A stretch of DNA of 64,000 nt, from assembly GCF_964188315.1 (NCBI RefSeq), contig NC_135667.1, forward strand, positions 27,156,001 through 27,220,000, given 5' to 3'. The notes under the pieces are model-generated. The model saw only the letters and a list, made by a program, of their open reading frames with translations, ran no database searches and was not told the DNA's origin. A program made the translations under genes and the position numbers. This document shows, one piece after another, positions 1 through 11,584 of this stretch (positions within the stretch are counted from its first letter, which is position 1; the number at the start of each line of letters is the position of its first letter). This DNA comes from Podarcis muralis (Eukaryota).

Positions 1-47
1 TGCCTTGGTCTCGTGGAGTGTGAGGTTGCAGTTTCAGATGATATATA

Positions 48-214
48 CCGTATTTTTCCATGTATAAGATGCCTCCATGTATAAGATGCCCCCTTTTGGG
101 GGGACTCCAAATTAAGAAAACACCCCTCAGCACTACCTGTGTATGAGTCGAGCCCCAATTTTAAACCTAATTTTTTGGTTTAAAAAACCTAGTCTTATAC
201 ACGGAAAAATACGG
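48..214. mobile_element. TcMar Tc2-type MITE
   Basis: TIRs CCGTATTTTTCCRTGTATAAGA; TA flanks. Confidence 0.85.
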
Positions 215-943
215 TATATCTGTTGTTGGCATTATGGCAGGTATAGCATATAACACAGTGCAAATCTATGCAAGGTATATTTAGAAGCAGGGGGAGTACT
301 GAAATGTCTCGGGGACAGGCCCCTGACAGAAGCCTGCATGAGATTTGCATTTGCTCATTTATATTCATAGATGCAAATTTCTGCTTGGCTGCCGTCTCAC
401 TGCCCCTTTGCTTTGCAATATACCCAGCAGCCCTCAAAGCAAATGGTTGAGGGGGAAACAACAGGAGATCTGGCTGTTGGTGCAAAAAGACCCACAATTT
501 GATTCTCAGGGTTTGTCCTTGCCTCCATTTGCCCCACTTCTGCTCCCTTCCACTCCTTATGGAAACTCGATATTTAGCACCAAATGCAACTGGATTTTCC
601 ACGATTGCTGTTTGTTCCGATTTATCACTAAAGAGTGGGTTTTCCAGGGGGAAATGCCATGGCAAAGGCAAAATCACTCAAACCCATGCCCACAAGTGGA
701 AAACTGAGCCCTGTGCTTTCAAGTGGAAGTGTGGACGAGCCCTTAGCAAACACCTCAGGAAGAAAGATGACAGAAACACATGTACTGTAAATGTCCTTAT
801 TCTGTACAGAGATCATTCATATTGTGATGTTGAAAGGAGGCAGGAAAACAAGCAATGTGCCAGGAAGTTTCTGGTTCTGATCTGCAATGAACACTGTCAG
901 ATTGTTGCTGAGACCCACACCTCATGTGAAAGCCCCACTGCTG

Positions 944-1367
944 ATCCTGGGAGCCTCCTTAGAGGGGTAGGAGAGCTGAAAAGAATGCCAATATATTTCA
1001 CATCTGGCAACCAATGCACTCCTTTGGTTTCAGATAGTACATTGATAGACAAATCTAAAATGCCTGGGACACAAATTTTCACAGCCCTCTAGCAACTATG
1101 GTGGCTCGGTTCCCAGAAGTAATATATTTAGCGTTAGCAAAATACACACCAGGAGATTTAGTTTGGTCCAAATCAAGTATAAACTTCCAGAGTGAACATT
1201 AAATACATCAGTTCTGGTAAATGAGCCGCCGCAGCCACGAGAGGGCTGTGGAAATTTGGGTCCTGGGTTTTTGACTCATCTGCCCATGTCGTATCTGAAA
1301 CCAAAGGGGCACATTGGTTGCTGGATGTGAATTCCCCACCCCCACCCCAGCTCTCCTACCCCACTAC
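944..1367. repeat. old palindromic (fold-back) element, copy 1
   Basis: 997-1120 is the imperfect reverse complement of 1212-1331; homologous to copy 2. Confidence 0.8.
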
Positions 1368-1702
1368 CTGGTCCTATTCTTCCTCCTTCTCGCTGTTGCT
1401 GCTTGCTCTCTTGCTGACTCTGAGCTAGCAGAAGGTGTAGGAAGAAGCAGGGATGTGTGTCTGCTTTGGTTCATTCCACTGTTTTATTATGGGGCTTAAA
1501 TGGACAGACATTGAGGGGCGAGCACACAGGAGTGTGCCAACTCTGCCCCCACCTTCCTGCCACCCTCCACAGATTTAGGCAAAATATTGTACACAAAGCA
1601 CTTTGAACACTCAAGAGCGGGAAAGAAATGCTGTGGTAGTTGCTTTCAACATAATGGGCATGCTCTTCTCCCCAAATGGTAACTGTTCCCCTCTCTCTGC
1701 AG

Positions 1703-1800
1703 CTGGAAAGGGGAGAATGTGGCCACCACGGAGGTTGAGACGACCTTGGCAACGCTGGAGTTGGTTCAGGAAGCCAGTGTTTACGGAGTGCCGGTGCCAG
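1703..1800 (+). CDS. SLC27A2: SLC27A2-like paralogue A exon 8
   Basis: ctctctctgcAG|CTGGAAAGGGGAGAAT...GTGCCAG|GTgggt; FATP signature [11 protein letters not shown]. Confidence 0.9.
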
Positions 1801-4800
1801 GTGGGTCCTGAAGTGCCATTCTTAAATGCAACTTTGGGCAGCCAGAGTTAGCATCTGTGGCATCAGGAGATCGGCTCCACAGCAGCAGGCTAAGGGAAGA
1901 GGTATTGAGGATAGTCCATTGTACCCGCCATCTTTGGACACCGGCACCATTTCCAGTCATGGTTTGCAGTGCCTGTGAGTCCCACGGTCTATAGAGCACA
2001 AGGTGTCTAAACCAGAGGTGGGGAACCTATGCTGCCCCAAATGTCACTGGACTCCAGCTCCCATCTGCCCCGGAAGGTATGGCCGGCAGCTCGCCTCTGC
2101 TCCCCCTCCATTGAAAAAATGTCCTTCACCCACAATGCTTCCACGCTGGGCATTCATTGTGGAATAGCTGCACTTTGTTCACTCTCCTTATGATGGATCT
2201 GCAGAACGTGCTGAACAGAGATTTAGAATTGCAGAGTTGGAAAGGACCCCAGCGGTCATCTAGTCCAAACCTCTGCAATGCAGGAATCACAGTTAGATCC
2301 ATTAGGTCAACAGTGTTTATTTTGAAATGCTGCTTTATTTTTATATGCTGCTTCTCCACTGAAGAGATACAAGACAGTGAATGTAATATGCAACACTTTC
2401 ACATCGATAGATTGCATCAGCTTGTAACACGAACAGAAAACCTGCCCTGGCCACAAACTATACCACTTCTTCTTCCTTTTCCTAATGGCCCTTCTCCCTT
2501 TCTATTAGTCCCACATTAATACCATCAGTGGCGCAAAGAGTGCAAGAGAAGCTGGAAGGCATGTCTCTGGTGACATGTGTAAAATGTGTTTTGCTAGCTA
2601 ATATATGTAATATATACAGTGGGAAGGAGAGCTGGAAAAAACATACACCTGGCAACTAATGGGCCCCTTTGGTTTCAGATAGCACATGGGTAGAGAAATC
2701 TACGAAGCCTGCGACACGAATTTTCACGGCCCTCTAGCGGCTATGATGGCTCATTTGCCAGAAGTAGTGTATTTTGTGTTAACTCTGGAAGCGCCGACTC
2801 AATTCTGACCAAACTAAGCCTCCTAGGGCAAAATATAGATCAGAAGGCTTAGTCTGGTCAGAATTGAGTCTACTTTCCAGAGTTAACACGAAATACCTCA
2901 CTTCTGGTAAATGAGCCACCATAGCCACTAGAGGGCTGTGAAAATTTGTGTCCCGGGCTTTTTAGATTCATCTACCCCTGTAATATCTGAAACCAAAGGA
3001 GCGCATTGTTTGCCAGATATGAAATACGTTGGCACTATTTCCAGCTTTCCTACTCCACTACTAAGAAGGGCTCCCACAACGATCAGAGCAAAGTCACAAA
3101 CCAAGACATTGCGCCACTGGCAGAAATGCTAGCACAAATATTTGAGATCAAGATGCCAGTTAGGTTAATCTTTCTCTCTAGTTCACACACTGCCTTGTGC
3201 TACAGGCAAACATATTCAAATGTAACCCTTTTATCTATTCTGAGTTGTACTGTGGACAATGAAAATGTTCGCGGGAGCAAAAATCCATTCACCTCCCAGG
3301 GTGCAAGATGGACTGATCATTTCCCCTCTAATGTGAAGAATGTGGTTATTTGTGACATAGCAAAAAGCCAGAAAGACCAGAACCAACTTCTTTGCTATTT
3401 ACAACATGATCTCTACTTGGTTGCCAACAAGCAATTTTTAATGTCCCACCGGCAAGCCCAGGCCAGTGGCTATTTAGAAGCCTATTTAATTAATTATTTC
3501 ATGGCATGTATATTGTGCTTTAAAAAAAAAAATCATTTCTAAGCGGTGTATGTAAAGATCAGCCACATAAAGTACAATGAAAAATTCATCATAAAACCGA
3601 ACATGAATCCCAAGCATACGATAAAACCATAACTTCCAGCCTCCCTATAAATGCAATAAAAGAAAAGCAGCCTGGAAAGCAGGTGGCTAAGCTAGCTTCT
3701 GAAATAGCAGAAGGAGATGCTACAAAATCTATATATCTATATGCCTAAGGGAGGGTGGGAACATGTGAAGAAGGAGAAAAACAATCTGAAAGAGAAAATT
3801 CACTTGGCAAGAAAATGAATGAGCCATACTGGGTTCTCCGTATAGTCTAGGAGTAGGTCAAGGAACAATGTTCACAGAATACAATTTCCCCAAAGCGACA
3901 TTAACATGTTTTATTATTTACCGCTGAAGGAGGGTCCATTTGCACATCAGGGTGCAGGACAAATGTCTGCAACTGTTGCACGACTAGAGCAGTTAGTTGT
4001 GACAAGTGAAACACCAGGACACAAGCACTTTTTTTTAATGTGATAAGTTTTATATTGCAGTTTCCTGCAACACCCTCCTCTTGTTTGTTCCCTGTCCAGC
4101 TTCCATTTTTCTTTCAAATCTCAGAAAATCTGACTTAAAAACAAATAAGAAAATTCCATAGAATAGCTGTGCAATTTTCCCCAGGTGTAGATGGCCTGTA
4201 ATGGTGCTGTTCTAGCGGGTTATGGCTTGCATAGATTGTTGTAGCCATTTCCTGGCTTATGCCACTCTCCAGTGGGTGCCCAGTCCTAGAAGATATCAAA
4301 TAGCAAAGCACTCCCCAGCAGGGACAGGGTTGCAGATGGAGCACAGTGCAAACAAACCAAGGTCAAGCATGGAGAGTCAGCCGAGGTCCAAGGTATAAAC
4401 CAGAAGCAACATCAGGCAACAATCCAAGGCTAATAGCGCAGGGAGTTCAGGCAAGCTGCAGGAACTAGAATCAGGAGCCGGAGACCTGTGCTGTTGCGTG
4501 ACAAGTTCCTGCCCCCCAAGTGAAAATAATGACACACGACACAATTATTAAGGTTAATGGGCTAAAAAGGCCACAGCTTTATTGGTTACAGGTGATGAGA
4601 GGTATTGGTTCTAACTGACTATATCTGACTTCAGCCCGTCCGCTTGAAGTCCGGGAAGGGTTAACCACCAGTAGAAGGAGTCCTGCTGATGCACATCAAC
4701 TAGGAACTCCCCTGGGGTCACCAATAGGGGGCGTGCCTTGGGCCCTCACCTCCCCAGGCTTCGGACAGGGCCACGCCCCCCGGAATCCTTTACCGGACTA

Positions 4801-7800
4801 CCCTTCAATATGCAGGGCAGGTGATGGCATTACCTCCCCTCTTCCATCTACAGAAATATACCAATGCCTAACCGCCAATACCTGGAAAGTTATGACAATT
4901 GCTACGAGGTAGGTGAAAACCAAGTGGCTGGTGCCAATTTGCCAAGTGGAAAAATTCCTACCAGGCCCCTCAATGGCGACCAACCAAGGTCCATAGCAAG
5001 GTCAAAGAACAAAACCTTATAGGGTGGGAGGGTGGGAAAACCAAACAGCGGATGAGCAGCAAAGAGGGAGATCCCCGGCCACATCCTGCCTTTATAGGGC
5101 AGGCCACGCCCCCTGAACCAGCCGATTGGCCTAACAGGGGGTGACGCGGCTGGCAATCCCCCCAATCGCGCGGGGGCTGGTCTCCACCCACCGTGTGCGT
5201 AGTGGGGCTGTGAAGCCCGCAACCTCACCTCCTCCGAAGGGCAGAAGTGGCTTTTCCAGCAACTGAAAGGCTCGGGAGACTCTTTACTCATGAGCTGTGT
5301 GTTGACTCTGAGTCTGTAGCAGAGGTACATTTAGGGGAGCGAGACTGGTTCGCCCGCACTGGGCACTGAATCAAGAGGGTGCCTGTAGGGGACACCACAA
5401 CAACGGCAAACAACAGAAGTGGAGAGGTGAAGGGGTGCTGAATTTTTATGTCACACACATGCTATGTCATTGCTCTTCAGCCACAGACCTGGATCTTTCA
5501 CACACACACAAATTGTCTGTTTTACGATTTAAAATACTCATTTATACATCCTTGACATACCAATGACTTCCCTTCTTCTCTTTCCATGGTTCATTTTACA
5601 TATCATAAATTCCTGCATATTTTACAGTAACTATACCATTCAGTATTCCATTAATACATGCATCATAACTTATTTACACTGTTGAATTTATCTTAATGCT
5701 GCCAGCGTTTTCAGCTGTACACAGTTATTTCCCATATATTCAGTAAAAGTTTTCCAGTCTTCTCTAATTGTATGTTCTTCTTGTTCTCTTCTTCTGTATG
5801 TCTGCAAGCTGCACATATTCTGTCAACTTAAGTTGCCACTCTTCTTTAGTTGGGACTTTGCTCATTTTCCATTTTTGGGCTAACAAAACATGGGCCGCAG
5901 TAGTGGCCTACATAAATAACCTTTTTTGACACCTGGGAATTTCAGTCTGAATTATCCCCAACAGAAAGGACTCTGGAGTTGTTGTGGGGGGTTTTCTGGG
6001 GGGGAGTACTTTTAAACATATTTTTCAGTTTGTTATGGATCATTTCCCAGTACACTTTTACTCTTTTACAAGTCCACCAAAAATGTTCCCTCAGACCCAG
6101 ATCTTTCAATGCTGGTGTTCTTGAGGACTGGGGTGGTGGTGGCTCCCACTCTTCCTTTGATACCACCAAGGGTTTTTCAGCAGGCCTTCCCTGAGAAGAT
6201 CCCTCAAGGGGATCCTCAGTGCTAGTTCTAAGAGACCCTGCGTGCTCCTCAAAGTCCTTGGAGTTCACCCTCTGAGGACTCTACGTTTGTTCACCCTCTG
6301 AGGACTCTACATTTACCAAGTCAGGACTAGGCATGGCAGTAGAACCATTTCCTTCTCTATTGTCTATTACCTCTCTAGGAATTAATTCTACTGCCTTTAA
6401 TCCTGAGATGGTGAACCTGCAGCCCTCCAGATTCTATTGGACTCTAACCCATCAGCCCCAGTCAGCATGGCCAGTGATCAGGGATGACAGGAGTAGCAGC
6501 CCAACAACATATGGAGATCCACAGGGCCCCCTGCCCCTACTTTAGCCCTCTTCTTTAACACTGCCTTTGGATCCTTTCTTTTTCTCCCTCCGCACACAAA
6601 AATAATTGTGTGTGTGTGTGTGAAGTGCAATGGGGGCAGGGAGAAGTAGTATTTCACCCTTTCTCACACAAATAATGGTCCCAGTGAAAACTGTCCCCCT
6701 CCAACATTTGGGGCAGAGGAAATGAAGGCTGCACACTTGGCCACAGAGTGTTAGTCTTCTGGAAGCAGAGCTCTGCTTCCGCTTCTAATTTAAGACAGAA
6801 CAGCTGTGATGGGGATGCTGCCACATCTGGAAGCCCCCCTAGAAGAAGCCCCCATTGGGGTTGTCTTCTATCCTCGTTTGTGTGCAACGTGTGGCTCCAC
6901 CCTTAAAACATTCCTCTTTTTGGTTTGTTCCAGGACACGAAGGAAAGATCGGGATGGCATCCATATGCCTGAAGGATGGGCTGCCCTTTGATGGGAAGGA
7001 GGTGTATGCCCATGCCAAGGACTGCTTGCCAAACTATGCTATACCTCGCTTCATTCGCATCCGGGTAAGGTGCTGCTCTGTTGCATCACTCTTTAGTCTG
7101 TATTATTAATGTTGTTAGCTGTCAGGAGTGAGCCATCAGTAAATCACATGGAGTATGTGAAGTTAACTCTTTGGTACAAAAAACAAGATCTGTGCAGGAG
7201 TGCCAGGCGTAATAAGCACGCCAACTCTTCTTCAGTAGGTCTTGCCTCCATGAGGCAGTGGTGGAGAATGAAGGTCCCTGCCTTCCCACAGTTGTCTATG
7301 TCACCTCCTCTTCCAGCAAGCAATATGAGACTGTGCCTGCCTGCCTGTCTCTGCTCCTCCCGCTTCATGCCTCTCCTGGTTCTGAGATACTAGTGAGGAA
7401 AGGAATGGGTCGCAGCAGGAGGGGGAGACACCTGTGCTTCTTCACCAGCCTGTCCCATCTCTGCTTCTTGGCCTCCCTCCTCTCCTGCTTCTGATTCCGG
7501 ACTTCTCTCTGCCGCCGCCTCTTCCTGCTCACTAAACACTGTTACCTGTTAGCTCTCAAGAAGCGGGAGAGTTAGGAGGCAGCCAGAGTGTTGCTAGGCA
7601 ATCAGCAGATAAGCAGAGGACTGAGAGTGTGTCGAGTGGAAGGGGGAAGGCCAGCCTCTCCGTCCCCGTTCTAGGAGAATGGATAAGGTCAGAGGACAAC
7701 GGATGGGCAAGAGGGGAAGGGCTGGAATTTAACGTCCTTCCTGCTGTGAAAGGGGTGGAGATTCAGACTGACCAACTATCGTCAATGCGAGCAGGCGAGA

Positions 7801-8134
7801 AGCCGTGCTCTGGATGTGTTTTTTTTATAAATAAACGTAACATAAAACTGTCAGAGAGTCATTACTTCTTATCAGGGCTTGCTTGCCTGCCCAAGATTAT
7901 TACAGGTGGGGCGTCATTCATGCTTCTGTACTCACCCCAGTGCCCTTTTTCACACAGGACATGCTGGAGACCACAGGCACCTTTAAGCAGCTCAAAAGTC
8001 AACTGGTGAAGGAAGGATTTGACCCTGTCATCATCAGGGACCCTCTCTTCTTCCTAGATGACTTGGAAAAAAGTTACGTGCCAATGACTCAGCAGATCTT
8101 CAGTGCTATTGCAGAGAAGAAACTGAAGCTGTGA
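1703..8134 (+). CDS. SLC27A2: SLC27A2-like very-long-chain acyl-CoA synthetase, paralogue A (3' part only; exons 8-10; 5' exons lie upstream of the window)
   Basis: Exons 1703-1800 (98 nt, [32 protein letters not shown]), 6934-7064 (131 nt, [16 protein letters not shown]...[10 protein letters not shown]) and 7958-8134 (177 nt, [11 protein letters not shown]...EKKLKL*). All have AG/GT boundaries, and sizes and phases equal exons 8-10 of paralogue B. Orthology to SLC27A2 versus a lineage-specific copy is untested. Confidence 0.88.
2617..3084. repeat. old palindromic (fold-back) element, copy 2
   Basis: About 200-nt imperfect arms around a roughly 20-nt loop centred near 2830. Confidence 0.85.
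4521..5400 (-). mobile_element. probable solo LTR
   Basis: On the - strand: TG...CA ends, CCAAT (5125-5129), GC box (5104-5112), TATAAA (5091-5096), AATAAA (4578-4583). No clean TSD found. Confidence 0.5.
5500..6090 (-). mobile_element. L1-type LINE 3' fragment
   Basis: [16 protein letters not shown] zinc-knuckle remnant plus a 3'UTR resembling 39230-39735 and 55790-56156. Confidence 0.75.
6934..7064 (+). CDS. SLC27A2: SLC27A2-like paralogue A exon 9
   Basis: tttgttccAG|GACACGAAGGA...ATCCGG|GTaagg; GHEGKIGMA...PRFIRI. Confidence 0.9.
7958..8134 (+). CDS. SLC27A2: SLC27A2-like paralogue A exon 10 (terminal)
   Basis: tttttcacacAG|GACATGCTG...AAGCTGTGA; TGTFKQ motif, C-terminal LKL. Confidence 0.9.
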   Translation, partial: DMLETTGTFKQLKSQLVKEGFDPVIIRDPLFFLDDLEKSYVPMTQQIFSAIAEKKLKL

Positions 8135-9439
8135 ATGCCTCTTTAGCTGTCCTTAGTAGCACAGGAAACCCAGGAACAACTAGAGCACTGAACACTTTGG
8201 CTTTTGTCTGGGAAGGGCATGCATGCATCTCCATGAATTCTTGAGAATCCTGCACAAGTTAGTTTGGAGGACCTTTTTTTTTTTTTTAAAGGAGTGCCTG
8301 GTTTTTCTTTTCCCCTGTAGACTTTGTCCTTCTGTGTTCACACAACACATTTGCTCTGCAATGTATATATTGCAAACTACATACATGAGGCTGTCACCGG
8401 GGTCCTCTGCTCCCTACCCACTGGAATGTTTTTTGCGTGTTATCACACATTTGCATGTAGCTGTGCATACATGTGCAGATGTGGTCCAGGGATTAATGTA
8501 AACCTGTGCAGGAAGCAATCTTCGCCAGTTGCCACTTTTGTGTTTGTTGCAGGGAGATATCTGTGTGTCATTTGCAGAGATCTTCCAGGCAATATGTTTG
8601 TGGAGCATTCATCCCACCCTATTCGTTTTCGCAAAGTTTGTGCAGACATCGCATCAAACAATTGCTATTCTGCCGTTTCCAGTGCATTTCCCTGTCACTT
8701 CCCTTACCAAAAGTTCGGGATTTGTGTTTGTTTGTTTGAAGCAGGCTTGCTGCACAAGATAATCAAATCTGCTTTAATTGCACAACCTCAATTTGCTGGT
8801 ATAGGATGGAATCCCACCCACAAAATAGCTACAGTCTGGAATCGGCCACAATTGATGGCAACACATTTAAATGCTGCCACTTAAATTCAGGTGAACCAGC
8901 CTCAGAAAGCACAGTGTGGTCTTCATGCTTCTAGGCTGGAACCTCATGGAGGAAACATCACGTGGTCTTCTCATTAGTTTGTGTTCCCCTTTTGTATTTT
9001 TATGTTGTGAACCACCTTGTGAACTTCGAATGGATTTAATAAATAATATTAATGATACGTCCAGATCGTTGCGCATCTGGAACAACAAAAGAACTAGGAT
9101 CGGTGCTTCATTTCAGTAGGGTTCCAGACATTGCTTGGTCTTGGGATGTGGTCCAAAAGTGATGGTTTCCCAGAGATGCTGGAAAATGCCACTGTGATCT
9201 CAGAGCATTCTTCTGAGTCAGTGCACAGAGGATTTCAGCCACACCCAGTCATCGGTAGATAGAGCAAGATAGATATAGGATGGGTGTAAAAACGTAGGCT
9301 GGAGGGCTTTAGGAAGACAGGGCAGGGGGATGAAGGAATATACTGAAAGGAGGACTGGATTATTATTTTTTCAGGGGGTGTACATATGACAGGAGCTGTA
9401 GCTGGGGCTGCTGCACTGAGCTGGAGCTTGCAAGGAGCA

Positions 9440-9627
9440 GATCAGAAGCTGCTTTATACCAAATCAGACAACTGGGCCATCTAGCTCAGTATTGCCTACC
9501 ATACACTGACTGCAGGAGCTGTCCAGGGTTTCGGGCAGGTGTCTCTCACAGCCCTATATCTGGAGATTCTGGGGATTAAACCTGAGGCCTTCTGTATGTA
9601 AGGCTCTGCCACTGCACTACAGCCCTT
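9440..9627 (-). mobile_element. tRNA-derived SINE with L2-like tail (Squam3-like)
   Basis: GGGCTGTAGTGCAGTGGCAGAG head on the - strand; CTGAGCTAGATGG tail. Confidence 0.7.
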
Positions 9628-10971
9628 GACCTAGCCATAACCAGATGTACATATATGCAATGTTCACAGAGGGCAGCATTTGGCCTGCACATATGTCAGG
9701 ATGCTGTCAGCGGCTCCTGGCTGGTTGCCCAGGAAAGTACAAAGACAAGGGAAAGTTTCTTACCATTCTTTTTTTATTTCAATCTTTACAGCAGAGAGAG
9801 GCTATAGAGCCCAGCCTCTTGGATAATGGCATTGTCCTGAGTGAATCTCTGCCCCCCCCGGCTCTTCCACTTCCTCATTCCTCATTCTCATTGTCTTCTC
9901 TACGGGTGCTGCTACGTGCCCTCTGTCTTTGAGCTCTTTGCTATCCTACTTTTAAAGCTCACCGGATTCTGAGAGATGGAGGGTCTGGAATGCCTTCTGA
10001 TGATGTTTCAGCTGGGTGTTGTTCTGGCTGCCCCATGATTTCCCAGCTTTCCCCCTCATCTGCCTCTGAGCTGCTGCCTCCCTCAACCCCCTGTTTTAAT
10101 TCTGAACTTCTTCTCTGGAAGGGTCAGGCTGGGGAGGCGGTCTCCACTATTCCTCCTCTGCCCAGTCCCTGACAACACCAGCGGTTCCCAGCCCTTCAGC
10201 TGCTCCTTGTGAGTACAGCCTGCTTCCCAAGCTTATTGGAGTATAAAACAAGAGGCAGCCATCTTTGCTAACTTACTGACCTTCACGGGTACCAAGGGTG
10301 GGACAAAAAATTAAATAAACGCATAAATGTCTGTGGAGAGTCCATTTGATTTTCTCTCCATCAACCCACATTTTGGAACTCTGAGCTCTTGTAAGCATAC
10401 CAATCACGAGGCGCTGCAACTCCTAGGGGACGAAGCAGTTTTGGTGCCCCCCCCAATATTTTTGGGAGGGGGCCAGGCCCCCTCAATCTTCAGAGGGTGC
10501 TTGGCGCCAGTCCCTGGCTTCTTGAACATCATCAGGACATCACGTGACGTGCGCTTGACATTGGGACATTGTGTTGGGCCTGCTCAATTGTCGTGAGAAG
10601 ATGGCGCCTCTGCCGTACCCAAACAGAAGAGTGTTTTACCATAACTGCACACGTGGACAGCACCAATGTCCTCATCTAGTGCTATTTTTATAGAAAAAGA
10701 GGTGTTGGAACTCTCTCTTGTCCTCTTAGGATAGCAATGGAGCCCACCTGAGAGGTGCTGGAACTGAGATCTGGCGAGTTCCGGCTGAAATAAAGCCCTG
10801 CCTTCATCCGAGAGGAAATATAATCACTAACCGTAAGTCGGAGGAACTGTGTGTCCCACCAACCCTGTGCTGTGAGCCAAAGACAGCTCAGTCCATGCAA
10901 ATTAACTGTCTGCAGACTGACAGTCAAGTGTTCCCTCCTATCAGCTTGTGGGAACTGGTGGGAGAGGAGAG

Positions 10972-10977
10972 TATAAA
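10972..10977 (+). promoter_or_regulatory. putative TATA box of SLC27A2-like paralogue B
   Basis: TATAAA about 130 nt upstream of the ATG at 11107; ATGCAAAT octamer at about 10895. Position only, no expression data. Confidence 0.4.
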
Positions 10978-11106
10978 TTCCATCTCATTTAATGTTCCTC
11001 GTTGCTTTTCTGCCTTCCATTCAGCAGCTCTCAGACGGAGCCTGCAAGAGGCAGTGGGTGCCTGCAGATTCCAGGAGCTTTGGTCTTCTGAAGCCAGAGC
11101 CCAGCC

Positions 11107-11584
11107 ATGCTTGATGTGAGCGTGGTTGTGTCAGGGATCTTGATCCTTCTCTACCACCTGGGGAAATTTTACAGCCCCTATTTTTGGCAGGACGTGGTCG
11201 CCTTCTTTCGCATCGTTAAATTTGGATACAAATGCCACAGGTGTGTCTACCGCAAACCTCCCATCACCTTACTGGACCTCTTCTTGGCCAAAGTCCAGAA
11301 GCACCCAGAGAAGCCCCTGGTCCTCTTTGGAGACGAAACCTATTCCTACCGAGATATCGACAGGCGCAGCAGTCAGCTGGCCAGAGTGCTCCGGGACCAC
11401 GTGGGGCTGGAAGAAGGGGAAACGGTGGCTGTTTTCCTCAAGAACGTCCCTGCCTATCTCTGGGTCTGGATGGGACTGGAGAAGATTGGCAGCGCCATGG
11501 CGTGTATCAACTATAACATCCGAGCCAAGTCTCTCTTGCATGCCCTCAGCTCCTGCAAGGCCAAAGTGCTACTGACAACTCCAG
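11107..11584 (+). CDS. SLC27A2: paralogue B exon 1 (N-terminal membrane anchor)
   Basis: gccATGCTTGATG start; [19 protein letters not shown]; donor CCAG|GTgatg. Confidence 0.92.

Noticed and set aside
8324-8884. 186-aa Cys-rich ORF after paralogue A
   Set aside because: TG-rich 3'UTR or old-repeat sequence; no motif spacing of a real Cys-rich domain.
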